A stretch of 64,000 bases of DNA from Eledone cirrhosa (GCA_964016885.1 OZ024743.1:327236001-327300000), one strand, 5' to 3'. Positions 40,625-54,384 are shown, counted from the first letter of the stretch. The notes: generated by a model from the sequence alone, not told the origin. Translations and numbers: made by a program.

Positions 40625-41078
40625 ATTTGGTAAAACACTTCCCCTAATTTCAGTACAAAATAATTTTTTTCCTTTTTATTTTTGGCATGTGCTATTAATT
40701 AAAATTACATCCTAATATGCTGCAAATGACTTTTCCTTTGTTTTTTTTTTTCATGTGCTACCAACTAATCTTACATTCAAACATGCTGCAAAGGACTTTT
40801 TCCCTGAAAAACGGAGGGAGTTAGGGGCTAAAAAAACTCCTGGAGGGGACAGGTCCTCCTTCCCCCTCTGTTTTCTAGGTAAAAAAGTCCTTTGTGTGAT
40901 AATAGGAGGTAAGATTAGTTGTTAGCACACACAAAAAATGGTAAAGAAAACTAGGTGAAAAAGTCCTTTGCAACAAATTAGGAAGTAAGTTTAATTGATG
41001 GTACGATAAAAAAAGAAAGGAAAAAATTTATTTCCCACTGAAATAGATAGGGGTGTTTTTCTATAAATTTACCAAAGA
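40625..41078. mobile_element. Diverged foldback MITE
   Basis: Long imperfect inverted arms (TTTGGTAAA...CAAAGGACTTTTT / AAAAAGTCCTTTG...TTTACCAAAG) with internal subrepeats. Confidence 0.7.
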
Positions 41079-41097
41079 TTTTACTTCATATAATTAC

Positions 41098-41210
41098 CTT
41101 TTGATGCATTAAGCTGGACTTGTGACTGTACCACTCATTCACATCAAACCCAGTTTTCTTTTCCGGTGTAGTGGTGAGAGAATAAGTTGAAACAGGTGTT
41201 TTATGAACAC
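41098..41210 (-). CDS. Tentative upstream (stalk) exon of the TNF-like gene
   Basis: Strong phase-0 donor AAG|GTAATT and open frame VHKTPVSTYSLTTTPEKKTGFDVNEWYSHKSSLMHQK. The acceptor is weak and uncertain. Confidence 0.35.
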
Positions 41211-42159
41211 TTCATTCATATCCAGAGTATTTATAGCTACAAGCTGTCCTATCTCATTATAACTATTTGCAGCAAGTATTTGTACACTCAGTATAAAATA
41301 GATGGAGTTATTTACTGCAAGGAGCCTTACAAAGCTAATTAGAAATGCTTATTTGGTGAGAGAAAAAAAAAGAAACAATATTAGTTCATTGATTATTTCG
41401 TCTAGTATGAGAGAGACCTTTAGACATGTTTTAGTCTATGACCTCATCAGTGACATAGACTTCACTGTACTTGCTGCAGTAGTGATATAAGAGAATTACT
41501 AAGTAAATGTACAATAGTAGTAGAGAAATAGATTCAACTCTTAACATCTAATATCTAAAATCAGGTTTGTTAATTCAAATGTTTATAGTATCTTTACTAG
41601 ATAATAGGCTATTGTGAAAACTTGTAGTATTAAAGACTTTAACTTGTGTGGTGTTTAGAGTGCTGTTTTGTACTTTTCAAGAATGTCTCGTTAAAGAGGC
41701 TTCATGTTGTACAGGATGTTAAAAGTTAGTTATTGTAGAGTCTAACGCATGCCAACATTGAAAATAGACATAAAACTCTGATGATGACAATAGTTTCTCT
41801 GTGTAAATTATTCTCTATGTATAATATAGCTGAATTAATTTTTAAAAATCTGATGAAACAATATATTTATTGACTTTAGAGATAAAGTCACCCATCCCCC
41901 TATATTGCTTTCAATTTAAATATGTAAATTTCATAGTAACATGTTGTCACACTAACACCTCCTTCCTATAGTATAACTATAGAGCAAGGAATAGTGATTA
42001 GAGTGTTCTGCTCAGAATTGTAACGAGGTGAGTTTGATTCCCAGTAGCGTGTTGTGTCATAAAAATAATAATTGTTTCTACTTTTTGGCACAAGGCCAGC
42101 AATTACCCAGTACATTACTGGTACTTTATTTTATCGACCATAAAATAATAATAATAATA

Positions 42160-45100
42160 ATGAAATTATTGTGTAAAGTGTTCAGGTGCACTATAACTCG
42201 TCAAAGGTGTATGTATAGTACATAGAATAATATACAAATGTCGGGGAAGTGAATAGTGTATGAGTCATGATATACATGTGTGCGTGTGTATGGAGGGGGA
42301 ATATTAGGTGTTGTATTGGCGAATCTCAGGAAGCATGGAGGTTTTAAAGGATGTAGTGTCTCGACAGCTAACAACTGATACAGGTAGTTTGTTCCATGCT
42401 TCAGCAACTCTGAGCGTGAAAAAATGTTTCCAAAAGTCATGGGAGCTGTGCTGTTTTCTGACTTTGTGGGCATGCTCACGTGTGTTAGACACATGGAAAT
42501 CAAAAAGGTACTCAGGGTTGTTGGTGGCAAGATGGTTAATAACTTTGTGGGTAAGTAACCAAGTCAGTTGCCAGACGTCGGAGCTTCAATGTATCCATGC
42601 CCAGAGAAGGAAGGCGTTCAGAGTATGGTAGATGCTTGATGGAGGGTATTCGCTTGGTTGCACGTCTCTGAACCTTTTCCAGGCGGTGAATGTTCTGAGT
42701 AAGATAGGGGTTCCAGACTGGTGATGTGGCCGCACCATATACAGCTTTAAATAGATAGCTGGAGAGCGGCTTTATTTCAAGGTACAGCTTGATGTCATCT
42801 CCATATTTCAGTACTGTGATATTCTTTAAGTTGGCATCTATGTCATTAATATATGCCACAAACAAAATGGGGCCAAGAACAGATCTCTGTGGTACACCAG
42901 ATGACATCTCATATGGTGAGGAATGCTGTCCTAGAACCATGACTACTTCTCTTCGACTGAGAATGAAGGACTTCAACCAGTTAAAAAGATCATCCTTCAC
43001 ACCCATTGCAGAGAGATTTGCCATAAGTCTTTTGTGTGGCTCAGAATTGAAAGCTTTAGCAAAGTCAAGGTAAACAACATCCACCCATGAGCCGCTATCA
43101 GTGATCTGGGTGATATCTTCGAGAAACTCGATAAGTTGATCACAGCACCTGGAGTTAGGGATAAATCCAAATTGCAAGGGCCGGATAAGACTGTGAGAGT
43201 TCCAGAAGTTCCAAAGCGTTTCTCTGACACAGGATTCCATCAGTTTGGCAATACAGCTAGTGAGACTGACTGGACGATAGTTCATAGGTGATGTGCGGTC
43301 ACCCTTTTTGAACAGAGGAATGGACTGGCAGTTTTCCACTGTTCTGGAGTAGCACCGTTTTCAGACAGAATTGGAAGAAGCGTGATAGCTGGTGGTACCC
43401 ACCACGTTTGAGAAGCAGGTACGTAACACCATCAAGACTAGGAGAGGCATGGTTGCGTTTATTTTTAAGGTGATGTCGCAGCATTGCAGGTGTTAATTCC
43501 ATAGTTGTAATAGAATCCAATGTCAGAGGTGGTGGAGATGGTACACTCTGGTCTTCAATAGTGAAAATGCCTGCATAGCATTCAGCGATGAGCTTTGCGC
43601 ATTCCTTGGAGTCGTCTTTAACCTGGCTTGTGTGGGGATTGCGAAGTGGACCAAATGGAGAGTGAGGCCTCTGCTTTGAGTAAACATACTTCCAGAACAC
43701 CTTACTGTTAGGGCTGGGTGCTATGCACTGCTCAAATTGAAGCACTGCCTTTTTTGTCACCTGTTTGAGATGGTTGGAGGATTTATTTCGCTTCTTCCTA
43801 TTGATATCTGATTTATGCAGTTTGTACTCACGTTCAGTATTACAATGTTCTTTTCTGGCAAGACGGACTGCTGCAGTCTCCCAAATTGCACTTTTGGGAT
43901 GTTTTTTCTGCTTACGTGGTACCGATGCTGCACATACTGTCCATAATGAGCTCAGGATGTTCTGGAGTACAGTGTTGACATTTCCAGAGTCGTAGAACTC
44001 AAGCCAGTTTGGATGTTGCAATCCGGTGCAGTAACAGTTCCAGTCAAAGTGAGCAGTTTGGAGATGGTTGTGGTTTTTGTTACTGCCCATGAGGGATAGA
44101 TTGGCAATGATCAGAGTCACCTAAAGGTTCCTTAGTAGTAACACTAATAACCGTTTCAGGAGTAGTGGTGAAGAGCAGGTCCAAAGTGTTGTCACCTCTT
44201 GTTGGGGAGGTGGCTACTTGGGACCAGTTCGAGTTCAGCACTAGCTCAAGGAAGTCATTTGCACTTGGCGGCCAACGAAAGGTTTCCCTGTCAATCTCAA
44301 GGTGATTGAAGTCCCCTGCAATAAAAACATAAGTGGCTGTTTTCCTGGCAGCAACTCTGAGGATATCACAAAGTTGAGTGTCCTGATGGTAATTTGGGGG
44401 ACAGTAAATGACTCCAAGTAGCAGTGTTGACAGTCATACATATATCGCAGAAAAAAACTTCCTGCTGTGATTGGTTCAAATCAACACAAGGAATTGCCGA
44501 CAAATTTGACCGAACATAGACCATTACACCACCACCACAACGATTAATGCGGTCTTTACGAAACAAGTTGTAGCCAGTTATGCTGAAAACCCCATCACAG
44601 AGTAAGGGATGTGCCCAAGTTTCCGTGACTGTAATGAAGTCAGGGATGATACTTTTGACGTAGGAGTCAAAAAGATGAATCTTATTGCATAGACTACGTG
44701 CATTCAAGGACAACAATTTGTACCTTGATTCCAGTATATGATTATGTGCAGGGGATGGCAGGTTGTTCTGATTTAGTTGCCCAGAGTTTTTTCAGTTTTT
44801 TTATTGTCAGTTGTTGTGGGTACAGTGTTTTCAGACCAGCTGGTATCTCTTTTCCATGTTTCACCAGCCTTAATAAACTTCCATATCTGCCCATCATCAC
44901 GTAGGCTGAAGCTTTCATGTTCTGTTCAGCTGCGGTTTAAGGAAGCTGCAGCACGCAGCTTTGGGCGGACATCAGGTGGAAGGCCAGAGCGTGTTCGGAC
45001 TTTCACGCCTAGCTTTATCAGAGGCTACAAGGTATGAACGTGCCTCAGTTGAGTTCGAAAAAGACAGTCTAATTAGCCTGGGTTTCGGACCTGGTCGGCC

Positions 45101-46000
45101 AAGGCGTAGAGCCCCCTTCGGGGGGGGGGGGGGGGAGCACAGCCCAAGTCTTTGGATGAACTGGCAGCAAATGCCTTAAGATCAACTATGTTTTCTGGTA
45201 CATGAATGGCAATCACTTCGTGGTTTACAGATTCAGTGGCATTCTGAATGCGTCTAGATTTGGCAAGAGGTACGCGGAGATTTTTTAACAAGGCACTCCG
45301 GTAAGATCCCTCATTGTGAGGTTCTACACGAACGCTCGACTTTGTTCCCGCTATTTCTCGACTTAAAGCGGAAATCATTTCCTCAAACTCCGTATTGACG
45401 GTCGATTTTTGTTGTTGTTGTTCTTCTTCTTCAACAGGCATGATAGGGGAAGACACAGTCGTCGGTTGTTGTTGTTGAAAAGTAACGGGGGAGGATGGCA
45501 TGGGTTGCTGTTGTTGATGAAGTCCTTCAACAGGGATAGTAGCAGAAACAACGGTCGTTGGTTTTTTGGTTTTTGCTGTTGTTCAGGAACAATGGTAGAA
45601 GACACGATCTTCGGTTTTTGTTGTTGTTGTTCAGCAGCAATGGTAGAGGCAGACATACGCGCCAGGCACTGAAAGGACCAATTTGTTAGCTGGACCATTT
45701 TCCAGAGCCCATCCATCATAGAAGTATGGTGTCTCTTTTTCTGACTCGGGATCTTTCGAAAGTTTATGGCACATTGAAGGCAAACAGAAACACAACATTT
45801 GCCACATTCGACCCATCGATTTCGGAAGGAGTTCTCTGGTTCTGTACATAGATAACAGACGTGATTTTCTGGGCAATGTTCTATTTTGGAACATCGCCCA
45901 GTTTTGTTGCACACTTCATCCATTGCTATCCACAGCTATTTTGTCCTGTCTGTCCATCCGTACAGTAGAACAAGATGTAAATGTAAACAAATAAATATGC
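42160..46000 (-). mobile_element. Near full-length, frameshifted CR1-like LINE (PHD-finger ORF1, APE-RT ORF2)
   Basis: ORF1 CYLC..WVECGKCCVSVCLQC, endonuclease LNARSLCNK/TETW/GGGV, RT YLDFAKAF, SGVPQRSVLGP, YGDD, and C-terminal HFFTLRVAEAWNKLP. Confidence 0.9.
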
Positions 46001-46124
46001 TGCGTAAGTTTAGCACATTTGTTAACGAGATAAATGTTTGTTTATGTTTTGTTTTTGTATTTCTGTTTCTCTATGTATTGTGTGTGTGTATGCAAAATGA
46101 TCTGCACACGAATATATAAATATA

Positions 46125-46822
46125 GGTAATTTACTATTTTACTTTCCCAAACTCAAATAAACATTATCGCTAGTTATGTCTGGAGGTCGAAAGTGAAACT
46201 GTTAAGCGGTGAACCACAAGTAAAATTACTGACTAGGGTTTAGGGTTAGGTTATTTATTGAAAAAGAGAGAGAAACATTATTAGATACAAAAAGAGACAT
46301 AGAATTAAAAGTGATATTTTCGATGAAAAAATTTAGTTTCATCCACTTCCACCGTCATTGGTTCTCCATCGTCATTAATCCCACCTATTAGTTGGGGGGT
46401 TTTGCTCAACCCACATCTCACATGCCTCGCGACAAAAATTACACCAATCTACTGCAATACCATGTTTTGCCATCAGATATATCACCTCTATTAATTAGGA
46501 AGCATTCAACATTACAGGCGTCACAAATCAAAGTATTGCGTAAAAGCCGTCTACGTGCACACCACTGTATACAGTTACATCTCTTGCAAGTTTGGTTATA
46601 TTATATTTCTCAGCCAAAATTTGAGTGCTATTCATTACTTCATCTGGTGGAACAATATATTTTGGCGCAGTAGCAGGTCGACCTCCAGGTCAGAAGTGAA
46701 AGTAATTTTCAAAAGTGAAACTTTTAAGCTTAATTCACCGCTTAACAGTTTCACTTTCGACCTCCAGACATAACTAGCGATAATGTTTATTTGAGTTTGT
46801 GAACGTAAAATAATAAATTACC
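46125..46822. mobile_element. Non-autonomous DNA element with ~90-bp TIRs
   Basis: GGTAATTT...CTCAAATAAACATTATCGCTAGTTATGTCTGGAGGTCGAAAGTGAAACTGTTAAGCGGTGAA is inverted at 46734-46822. Internal TAGGGTTTAGGGTTAGG. Confidence 0.85.
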
Positions 46823-47958
46823 ATTATATATATATAATTAAAAGGTGTATGTGGGTTAGAAGCGAAGTCAGTGTTCAGAAAGATTTTACAAATGTACGTA
46901 AGATTGGCCGGTATAGTGTCTCACACGAAATAGTGTGGTTTCTTTTCACTTGCGTGTATATGTGTATGCGGTATGTATCTATATAAATCTGTGTGTATAT
47001 TGTTGTTTATAGATTTTGTGAAGTACTTACTGCGATCCCTAAGGGATGTAGTGATTTATTTTTTCCCCTTTCATGTCCACACGTGGTTTGTCGGCGAAAA
47101 TCAAATCAAATATACTTCGTTAAAATAATTTTATGTTGAAGATGGTACTAGTAATCAGGGAACAGTCAAAGTATTTGTAATAATTGTTTATACTTTTGGC
47201 ACAAGGCCAGCAATTACCCAGTACATTACTGTAATAATGAATATTGCAATCCATCTGACGTGTTAAAAGAGCTGTTTTTGAGCAAGAGACTTTATTTCAT
47301 GTGGCTCCAGTTCACTCACCTATAATTGAAAGGGCCAGACTTGTCACACTGTGTTAAAGGTGTACATATCCAAAGAATGCTCATCTATATACATGTTAAT
47401 TTCATGAACAGGCTGTTTGGTTGTTCAAACAACTGAAACACTTGCAGTTGGAATTAACAGAGGTTCAACACAGAGCAAGGAGATATTGTCATGCATTAAT
47501 TTAAAAATAGATGATAGGGTGCAGCCAAAATACCGCCTCACCCTAGGCATAGAGAGAGCCCGTTCCCGTGGCCCAAGAGTCCTTGCTTTCTCCCTCCTTT
47601 TCTTCTCATTTATGGCATTTATAGTCCTTTCCCATCCAGCCAGATCTGCCCTTCTTTACCCCACTCCTCTCTTTTCATTACTTAATTTTGTTTTTATCTT
47701 TTTTTTTTATATTTCCATAATTGTATAACTTCTTTTGGCTCTTTTTATAAAATATAGCTGACATAATAAAAGTTATCCATTTATGTGAGAATTTATTATA
47801 TCTACTATGTCATTTTGACATTTCCATTGCTAACCGCTCTAACACATTTTTTCTTTGCAATGATAAAATAATTTGAAAACTTGAAAACGACTTAGAAAAA
47901 ATTTAAATCAAAATCAAAGAGAGGAAATTGAAACGTTATCCACTGAAGGTTCCTTAAA

Positions 47959-47994
47959 CCCTGACGAAGGGACTTTTAGGTCCCGAAATATTGG
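47959..47994 (+). ncRNA. Minimal hammerhead-like motif
   Basis: CC-CTGACGA-A-GGGAC-TTTTAG-GTCCC-GAAAT-ATT-GG: 5-bp stem II and palindromic AATATT stem III, but stem I is only 2 bp. Confidence 0.5.
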
Positions 47995-48119
47995 ACAGAT
48001 AAAAGAACAACAACAAAACAAAACAAAGATTACCAGGTAACTTTTACTTCTCGTTACCTCATCTTACAGTCCATTTTGCATTGTTTAACCTTCTATCTCT
48101 TTCAACGTTATATATTATA

Positions 48120-49385
48120 TACAATGGAAGCACGGCCTAGAATCAAAAGGCCTTAAAATTAACCTGGCTAAGACTAAAGTTCTAGTTTGTAAGAAAGAAA
48201 ATAAGGCGGCGGTCCCCTCCAGAAAGTGGCCATGCGCAGAGTGTAGGAAAGGCGTAGGTAGAAATTCCATTTTGTGTCCCAAATGCAAAGTTTGGGTGCA
48301 TAAAAGATGTAGTGGGATCACAGGTAAGCTAACTAAGAACATAGATTTTACATGTGGCCGGTGTTCTGGGGCAATAAGTAGCAGCAAGTGCCCACAAAAT
48401 ACTAGCTCTTTCAACTGCGCAGAGGGTTCTATAGAAATAGTGGACAGCTTCCGTTACCTGGGTGACAAAATCAGCAGTGGGGGAGGGTGCTCTGAAAGTA
48501 CAGTAGCTAGAGTCAGAACTGGGTGGAAAAAGTTCAGAGAGCTTATACCACTATTAGCCGCTAAAGGGTTCTCCCTAAAAATGAAAGGCAGGTTGTACGA
48601 TGCCTGCATACGAACAGCAATGTTGCATGGCAGTGAGACCTGGGCATTGTGTGCAGAGGATATATGCAGACTAGAGAGAAATGAAGCTTGCATGCTCCGC
48701 TGGATGTGTAATAGTAATATACGTGAACGACAAAGCATAAACGAACTAAGGAAAAAATTAGAAATAAGAGGGATCAGATGTTGTTTACTAGAGAGAAGGC
48801 TACGTTGGTATGGTCACGTGATGCGCATGAAGGACGATAGCTGTATAACAAAGTGCAGGGCAATAAAGATAGACGGTAGCCACGGAATAGGCAGACCCAG
48901 AAAAACCTGAGACGAGCTGATAAACTCCGACCTCACACACTTACACCTCACCAAGACAATGTCACTGGACCGAGACCTTTGGCGGTACTCAGTAATAGAG
49001 AAGACCCGCCTTACCTAAATACAAAGTAAAACCTACTACAGCCAGTAGGCATCTCTAACAAAATACACCCCCCCCCCATCCACACCGCCCCCTTCTATGT
49101 AAAGTTATGTTAGTGCCACACCATCCAGGCCGAAACAAATGAGATCGTGTAGGTGTCACGACAAAAAAACACACAGTCCACGCTGTAATGTGGCCGTGTA
49201 GGCAACACGGTAAAAACCTCCCAGACCCACACTGTAAATGTGGTTGGTGTTAGGAAGGGCATCCAACTGTAGAAAACCTGCCAGACAGTCCTATGCGAGC
49301 AAGACAATCACTCTTGCTTCAAGTGGGAAAACCCCCGTCCAAACCCATGCAAGCGTGGAACACGGACGTTAAACGTTGATGATGA
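48120..49385 (+). mobile_element. 5'-truncated RTE LINE, 3' part
   Basis: PHD-like Cys motif, FRYLGD, LHGSETW, RLRWYGHV, GRPRKT. The 3' UTR ends GGACGTTAAACGTTGATGATGA. Confidence 0.9.
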
Positions 49386-51002
49386 ATGCTTCAAGCAAAC
49401 TATAATATTTTATTAGAAAAAGGAAAAAGAAAAAAAAATTCTAAATATGTCATTATTCTGTAGAACTGACTATATCCCCATACAGTAAACTTTTATCATC
49501 CAAAATATGAAGAAAGTGTCATATTTCATGAACAACCTGTAATGATTTGGCAGAAAATATCTAAAAAATAGGCTTGTTAATTCAAATGTTTATAGCATCT
49601 TTACTAGTGGATAGATTATTGTGAAAATTAGCAGTAAACTAGTTTAATTTTTAATCTGATGTAGTTTTGTTCTTTTTCAAAAGTATCTTGGTAATGCAGT
49701 ACAGGACTTTAAGAGTTAATTTCCATATGTCCAATTCTATTATGACACCCATTAAAGTAATCAAAAGCATACATCCTTCTTACAGTGGATGGTTACCTCA
49801 ATACAATGGACCTGACAAAGAAATTCTATGATTTTAATTTCAATTTATTGAACTACCATAGAGATGTGACTTTGCAACAAAGAAAGAGTTACAACTTAAA
49901 ATGTTGCTGTTGAAGTGTACTGACTCAAAAATACTGTATATACTCGACCTCTATTTTATGTCTGAGAAATAGGTAAAAATCGAAACCCCATTTAGAAGCC
50001 AAGGCAGGTAATCACATTGTTTAGATGGTGCGGTTTTGAAGTTCTAATGAGTGGAGAATATATTTATGAAATTTTAATATTTTGATATTTAAAGCTTCTA
50101 AGTGCCGTTTACAATATAGTTTTTGTTTCACAACTCCATTATGTAATGATTTTTTACCAAAATGTCAACTATTTTGAAGACCGTATTCATTCAAAATATA
50201 TAATAAACAATAGGAAATACGAATTTCACGCAAAAGTGAAACCAGTTATATTCATCTCCAAAACATATTTTAGCACCTCATTTATGTAGAATTTTGAAGT
50301 TGATGAAAATTGGCAAAATATTGATATCGAATATAGTCCACCCATCCCATTTTACCATCAATATTTTGTCACATATTTCTTGGCTGAGTGAAGTAGTATT
50401 CTAAAAGCAACTTTGTTTTGGTGAGTAAATTTGGTCTACAATTTTTTCACCAGTGTCATCATCGTGTCGATCCTATTCTTAACTATTTTGTAACCACATT
50501 TCAAATTAAATACAGTGCCTAAGTGTATCAATATGCACTTTAAAATGACCTGGGGGCTTGGTAATAAAAGGGTTAATATAAAAAAGTTAATCTAAAGAGG
50601 GAGTAGAACCCATTACTTTTTCAGGCTTTCCCAAAGTGATAACTATCAGCTTGAACATCTTCTGGGAGGGAACTGGAAATATGATCTAAATGTTTATGAA
50701 AGAGGGAATGGCACCAAAGAAGCCAAGTAAATCCTAACGGTATTATTGAAATTATTGCATGATTGGTTGTGGATGCAGCATGGGCAAATGATTAAGGAGT
50801 TAGCTTCATAATCATGAGTTCCTAAGTTTGATCCCATTGCATGGCACTCTGAATCTCCCTGAGAATTATGTTAAGGACACACATGCCTGTAGAATGGGTT
50901 TTGTTAAATCAAGTAATTTTCGGACCAGGTGAAACTTTTTTACTACTAAAAATCGAACAGTATTGTTAAGCAGGTTAACTAGAATATATATATATATATG
51001 GG

Positions 51003-52200
51003 ACATACATACATACATACATACATGGTGGCTGCCAACTCGTTTTCGAGTACGGCCACTACTTTATATCCATGTAGGAGAAACCCTACCGATGCGCTGA
51101 ACGAGTGTGGCTTTTTAATCCAGCCAGCGACTTGAAAACTCTGGTACAAACACTACACTTGTGACAATTACTGACACATAGTGCTGGGCCCATGGTACCA
51201 TGTGACGACAAGTGCAGAGAGATATCCAGATATAAAGCAATGCCTGTGCCGTGAAGCTTTTGTAGTGAGCAAAGGCACTGCACAAAACCAGTCCCACTCT
51301 CTTAACCAAGATGATATTTACCAAAAAGAAGAACAAGTCAACATCATGGCCATCCAAAATCACTGGGAGAGATGACCCCTTAGCCTTTGTTAAGGCAGAA
51401 TTCTAGGAGAAGGAAAACTCTGATATAACACCTGCAACCCTGATGGTATCCAATGATGTTGACATACATACATACATACATACATGGTGGCTACCAACTC
51501 GTTTTCGAGTACGGCCACTACTTTATATCCATGTAGGAGAACCCCTACCGATGCGCTGAATGAGTATGACTTTTTAGTCCAGCCAGCGACTTGAAAACTC
51601 TGGTACAAACACTACACTTGTGACAATTATTAACACATAGTGCTGGGCCCATGGTACCATGTGACGACAAGTGCAGAGAGATCTCCAGATATAAAGCAAT
51701 GCCTGTGCCGTGAAGCTTTTATAGTGAGCAAAGGCACTGCACAAAGCCAGTCCCACTCTCTTAACCAAGATGATATTTACCAAAAAGAAGAACAAGTCAA
51801 CATCATTGGATACCATCAGGGTTGCAGGTGTTATATCAGAGTTTTCCTTCTAGAATTCTGCCTTGACAAAGGCTAAGGGGTCATCTCTTCCGGTGATTTT
51901 GGATGGCCATTGACTCTTAAGAGCTCCTTTGCCCTTTGACAGGTTTTGTTTTTAGTCCTGCAGGATGTCCAAAGTCACCCTCCTCACCAAGAAACCTTGG
52001 TGGGGTTGCCAGTTTAGTCGCCAACGACCCGACCATGAGACAGGTTGTACTGGGATACATGTTACCAGTAGCACCAACTGGTGACCTGACCGCGCGCCAT
52101 CCAGCCTGACGGGAACGGGTCGCGACGACGGATCAAAGGGGAAGTGCGTCCGATGCCGGCAGCCCGCGAATTGTAACGCCTGCGAGGCGGTCGACCAGAG
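51003..52200 (-). mobile_element. Bipartite non-autonomous RTE derivative plus a 5'-inverted second copy
   Basis: 51003-51345 and 51463-51805 are direct repeats ending in a C2H2 motif (CSVCTRVFKSLAGLKSH) and an (ATGT)n tail. 51346-51462 is the reverse complement of 51796-51910. Confidence 0.7.
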
Positions 52201-52202
52201 CA

Positions 52203-54290
52203 ATGGTGGACCCCAACCTGTACGGTAAATTCCTCGCTATACTCATTGCTAATCCTAGCTTTGCTGACTGCTCCCCTATACATGGCTTGTACCGCTTTCA
52301 CAAGCCATTCATCTCCTCCTAGTTTTCTAAGAGCCCACCAGATTACAGCACGTGGAACTCTGTCAAAGGCTTTCTCAAGGTCGACAAATGCCAAGTAGAG
52401 TGGCTTACTTTTAGCTAGGTACTTTTCCTGTAACTGCCTCACAAGGAAGAGGGCATCAGTGGTGCCTCTTCCTGGTACAAACCCAAATTGCATCTCGTCT
52501 AGTTTCACCCGGTCCCTAATCAACTGTGCTATAACTCTTTCTGTTACTTTCATGACCTGGTCCATCAGCTTTATTCCTCTATAGTTTCCTCTATCTAGTG
52601 CATCACCTTTACCTTTGTAGCAGTTGACAATGATGCTACTGCACCAATCTTTTGGTATGACACCTTCTAGTATTACCTGGTTAACAATACGTGTGGTTAT
52701 AGTGTGACCTACAGACCCAGATGCCTTCAGCATCTCGGCAGCTATACCCGATGGACCGGTTGCCTTCCCCATCTTCATATCTTTGATTGCCTTACTTACT
52801 ACGTTGCTGCTGACTTGTACTGCTGGCCCCTCTATAGGGTCTACTTGGGGTAGGGTCTCTTCTTCCCATGCATCTTTCTTCTCAGCACTTGTGAGGGCAA
52901 GCTCACCTTTATCATTCCGGATACACTTCTCTCCAATGACATCACAACTATCTCTGACACACTGCCTCGCAATCTTGAATACCTCCTGTTTCTGGTCCTC
53001 ACGTTGCAAAACATGCTTGAATTTTCTATCCTCTGCTTCCCTCTTAGCTAAGTATACTTGTCGCCTAGCTTCCCTCTTGGTCTCTATGTAATGTACCCTG
53101 CTCCCCCCCGTTCTTCCATTCTTTCCATGCCTGTCTCTTGGCCTTAACTGCTTCATCTACCTTATTGTTCCACCACTAAGTCACTCTACTCCTGCTTGAG
53201 GTCTTACTCCAGCCACAGACCTCATCCGTCGCCTCTAGTAAATTATTTTTTAGGAACTCCCAGTTCTCTTCTACATTAAATGTCTCTATCTGTTCTTCTT
53301 TACTGTCGTAGGCGTTGAGTAAAATATCTTTAAATCTGTTACTGGTTGAGGGGACTTTCAGCTTCCAGATCTTTCTTCACCAGGTTGGCCTCTGTTTCCA
53401 GGTTCGTCTAGTTCTGACCGTGAGGTCGCTGACAACTAACCTATGTTGGGATGTACATTCCTCACTAGGGAAGGCTTTTGTGTTTACGACCGTCCATCTG
53501 TCACGTCCTCTGATGAGGATAAAATCTATCTGACTGGAGTGCTCCCCTGATCTATAGGTGATCAGGTGGTTGTCGGGTTTTTTAAAGTTTGTGTTACATA
53601 TCGACATGTCATTGGCGTCGTATATATACATATACATACATCATCATCATCATCATCATTTTATGTCCGCTTTTCCCTGCTTGCAAGGGTGGGACGGGTT
53701 TTATTCAGCACAACATCTCTCCACTTGTCACGGTCCTTCGTCATCTCCACCGTGAGCTTCAGCGATCTGATGTCTGTTCTCACCACCTCCGCCCATGTTT
53801 TTCATGGTCTACCTCTACCACGTCTTCCTTCAACTGGCATTTCCTTGCACTTCTTCATCCATCGGTCATCCTCCATGCGCATCACATGCCCATACCCCTG
53901 CAGTCTCCTCTCTCGCACACTACATTCTATCCCTCTCAGACACAGTTTCTCTCTCAACACATTCATGCTGGGTCGTTCACGCACATTGACATTGCACATC
54001 CAACGGAGCATGCTTGCCTCATTTCTCTCCAGCCGTTGCATATCCTCTGTAGTTGCTGCCCATGTCTCACTACCATGCAGCATCGCGCTCCTCACACAGG
54101 CATCATATAACCGGCCTTTCGTACGCAGGGAGAAACCCTTCTTCTTCAGCAGAGGAAACAGCTCCCTAAACTTCTTCCAACCCGTCCTTATTCTAGCTAC
54201 TATGGCCTCGGAACAGCCCCCTCCCATGCTAATCTGATCTCCTAGGTACCGGAAACTATCATCCACTTCTATAGCACCAGCCTGCATTTG
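52203..54290 (-). mobile_element. RTE LINE fragments (EN tail-RT and a 3' piece)
   Basis: QIDFILIR, YLAFVDLEKAFDRVPR, QVGVH (where the 51003-52200 element interrupts), and FRYLGD/LHGSETW in 53802-54290. Confidence 0.88.
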
Positions 54291-54384
54291 AAAAATGTGT
54301 CTATCAATGCGACATATATATATATATATATATATGATGATCATGATGATATATATATATATATACATACATATATATATATAT

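Noticed and set aside
41421-41452. Minus-strand CTGATGA-GGTC-ATA-GACT-AAAAC-AT-GTC hammerhead-like string
   Set aside because: The catalytic G of GAAA is missing and stem I does not pair, so it is too decayed to call.
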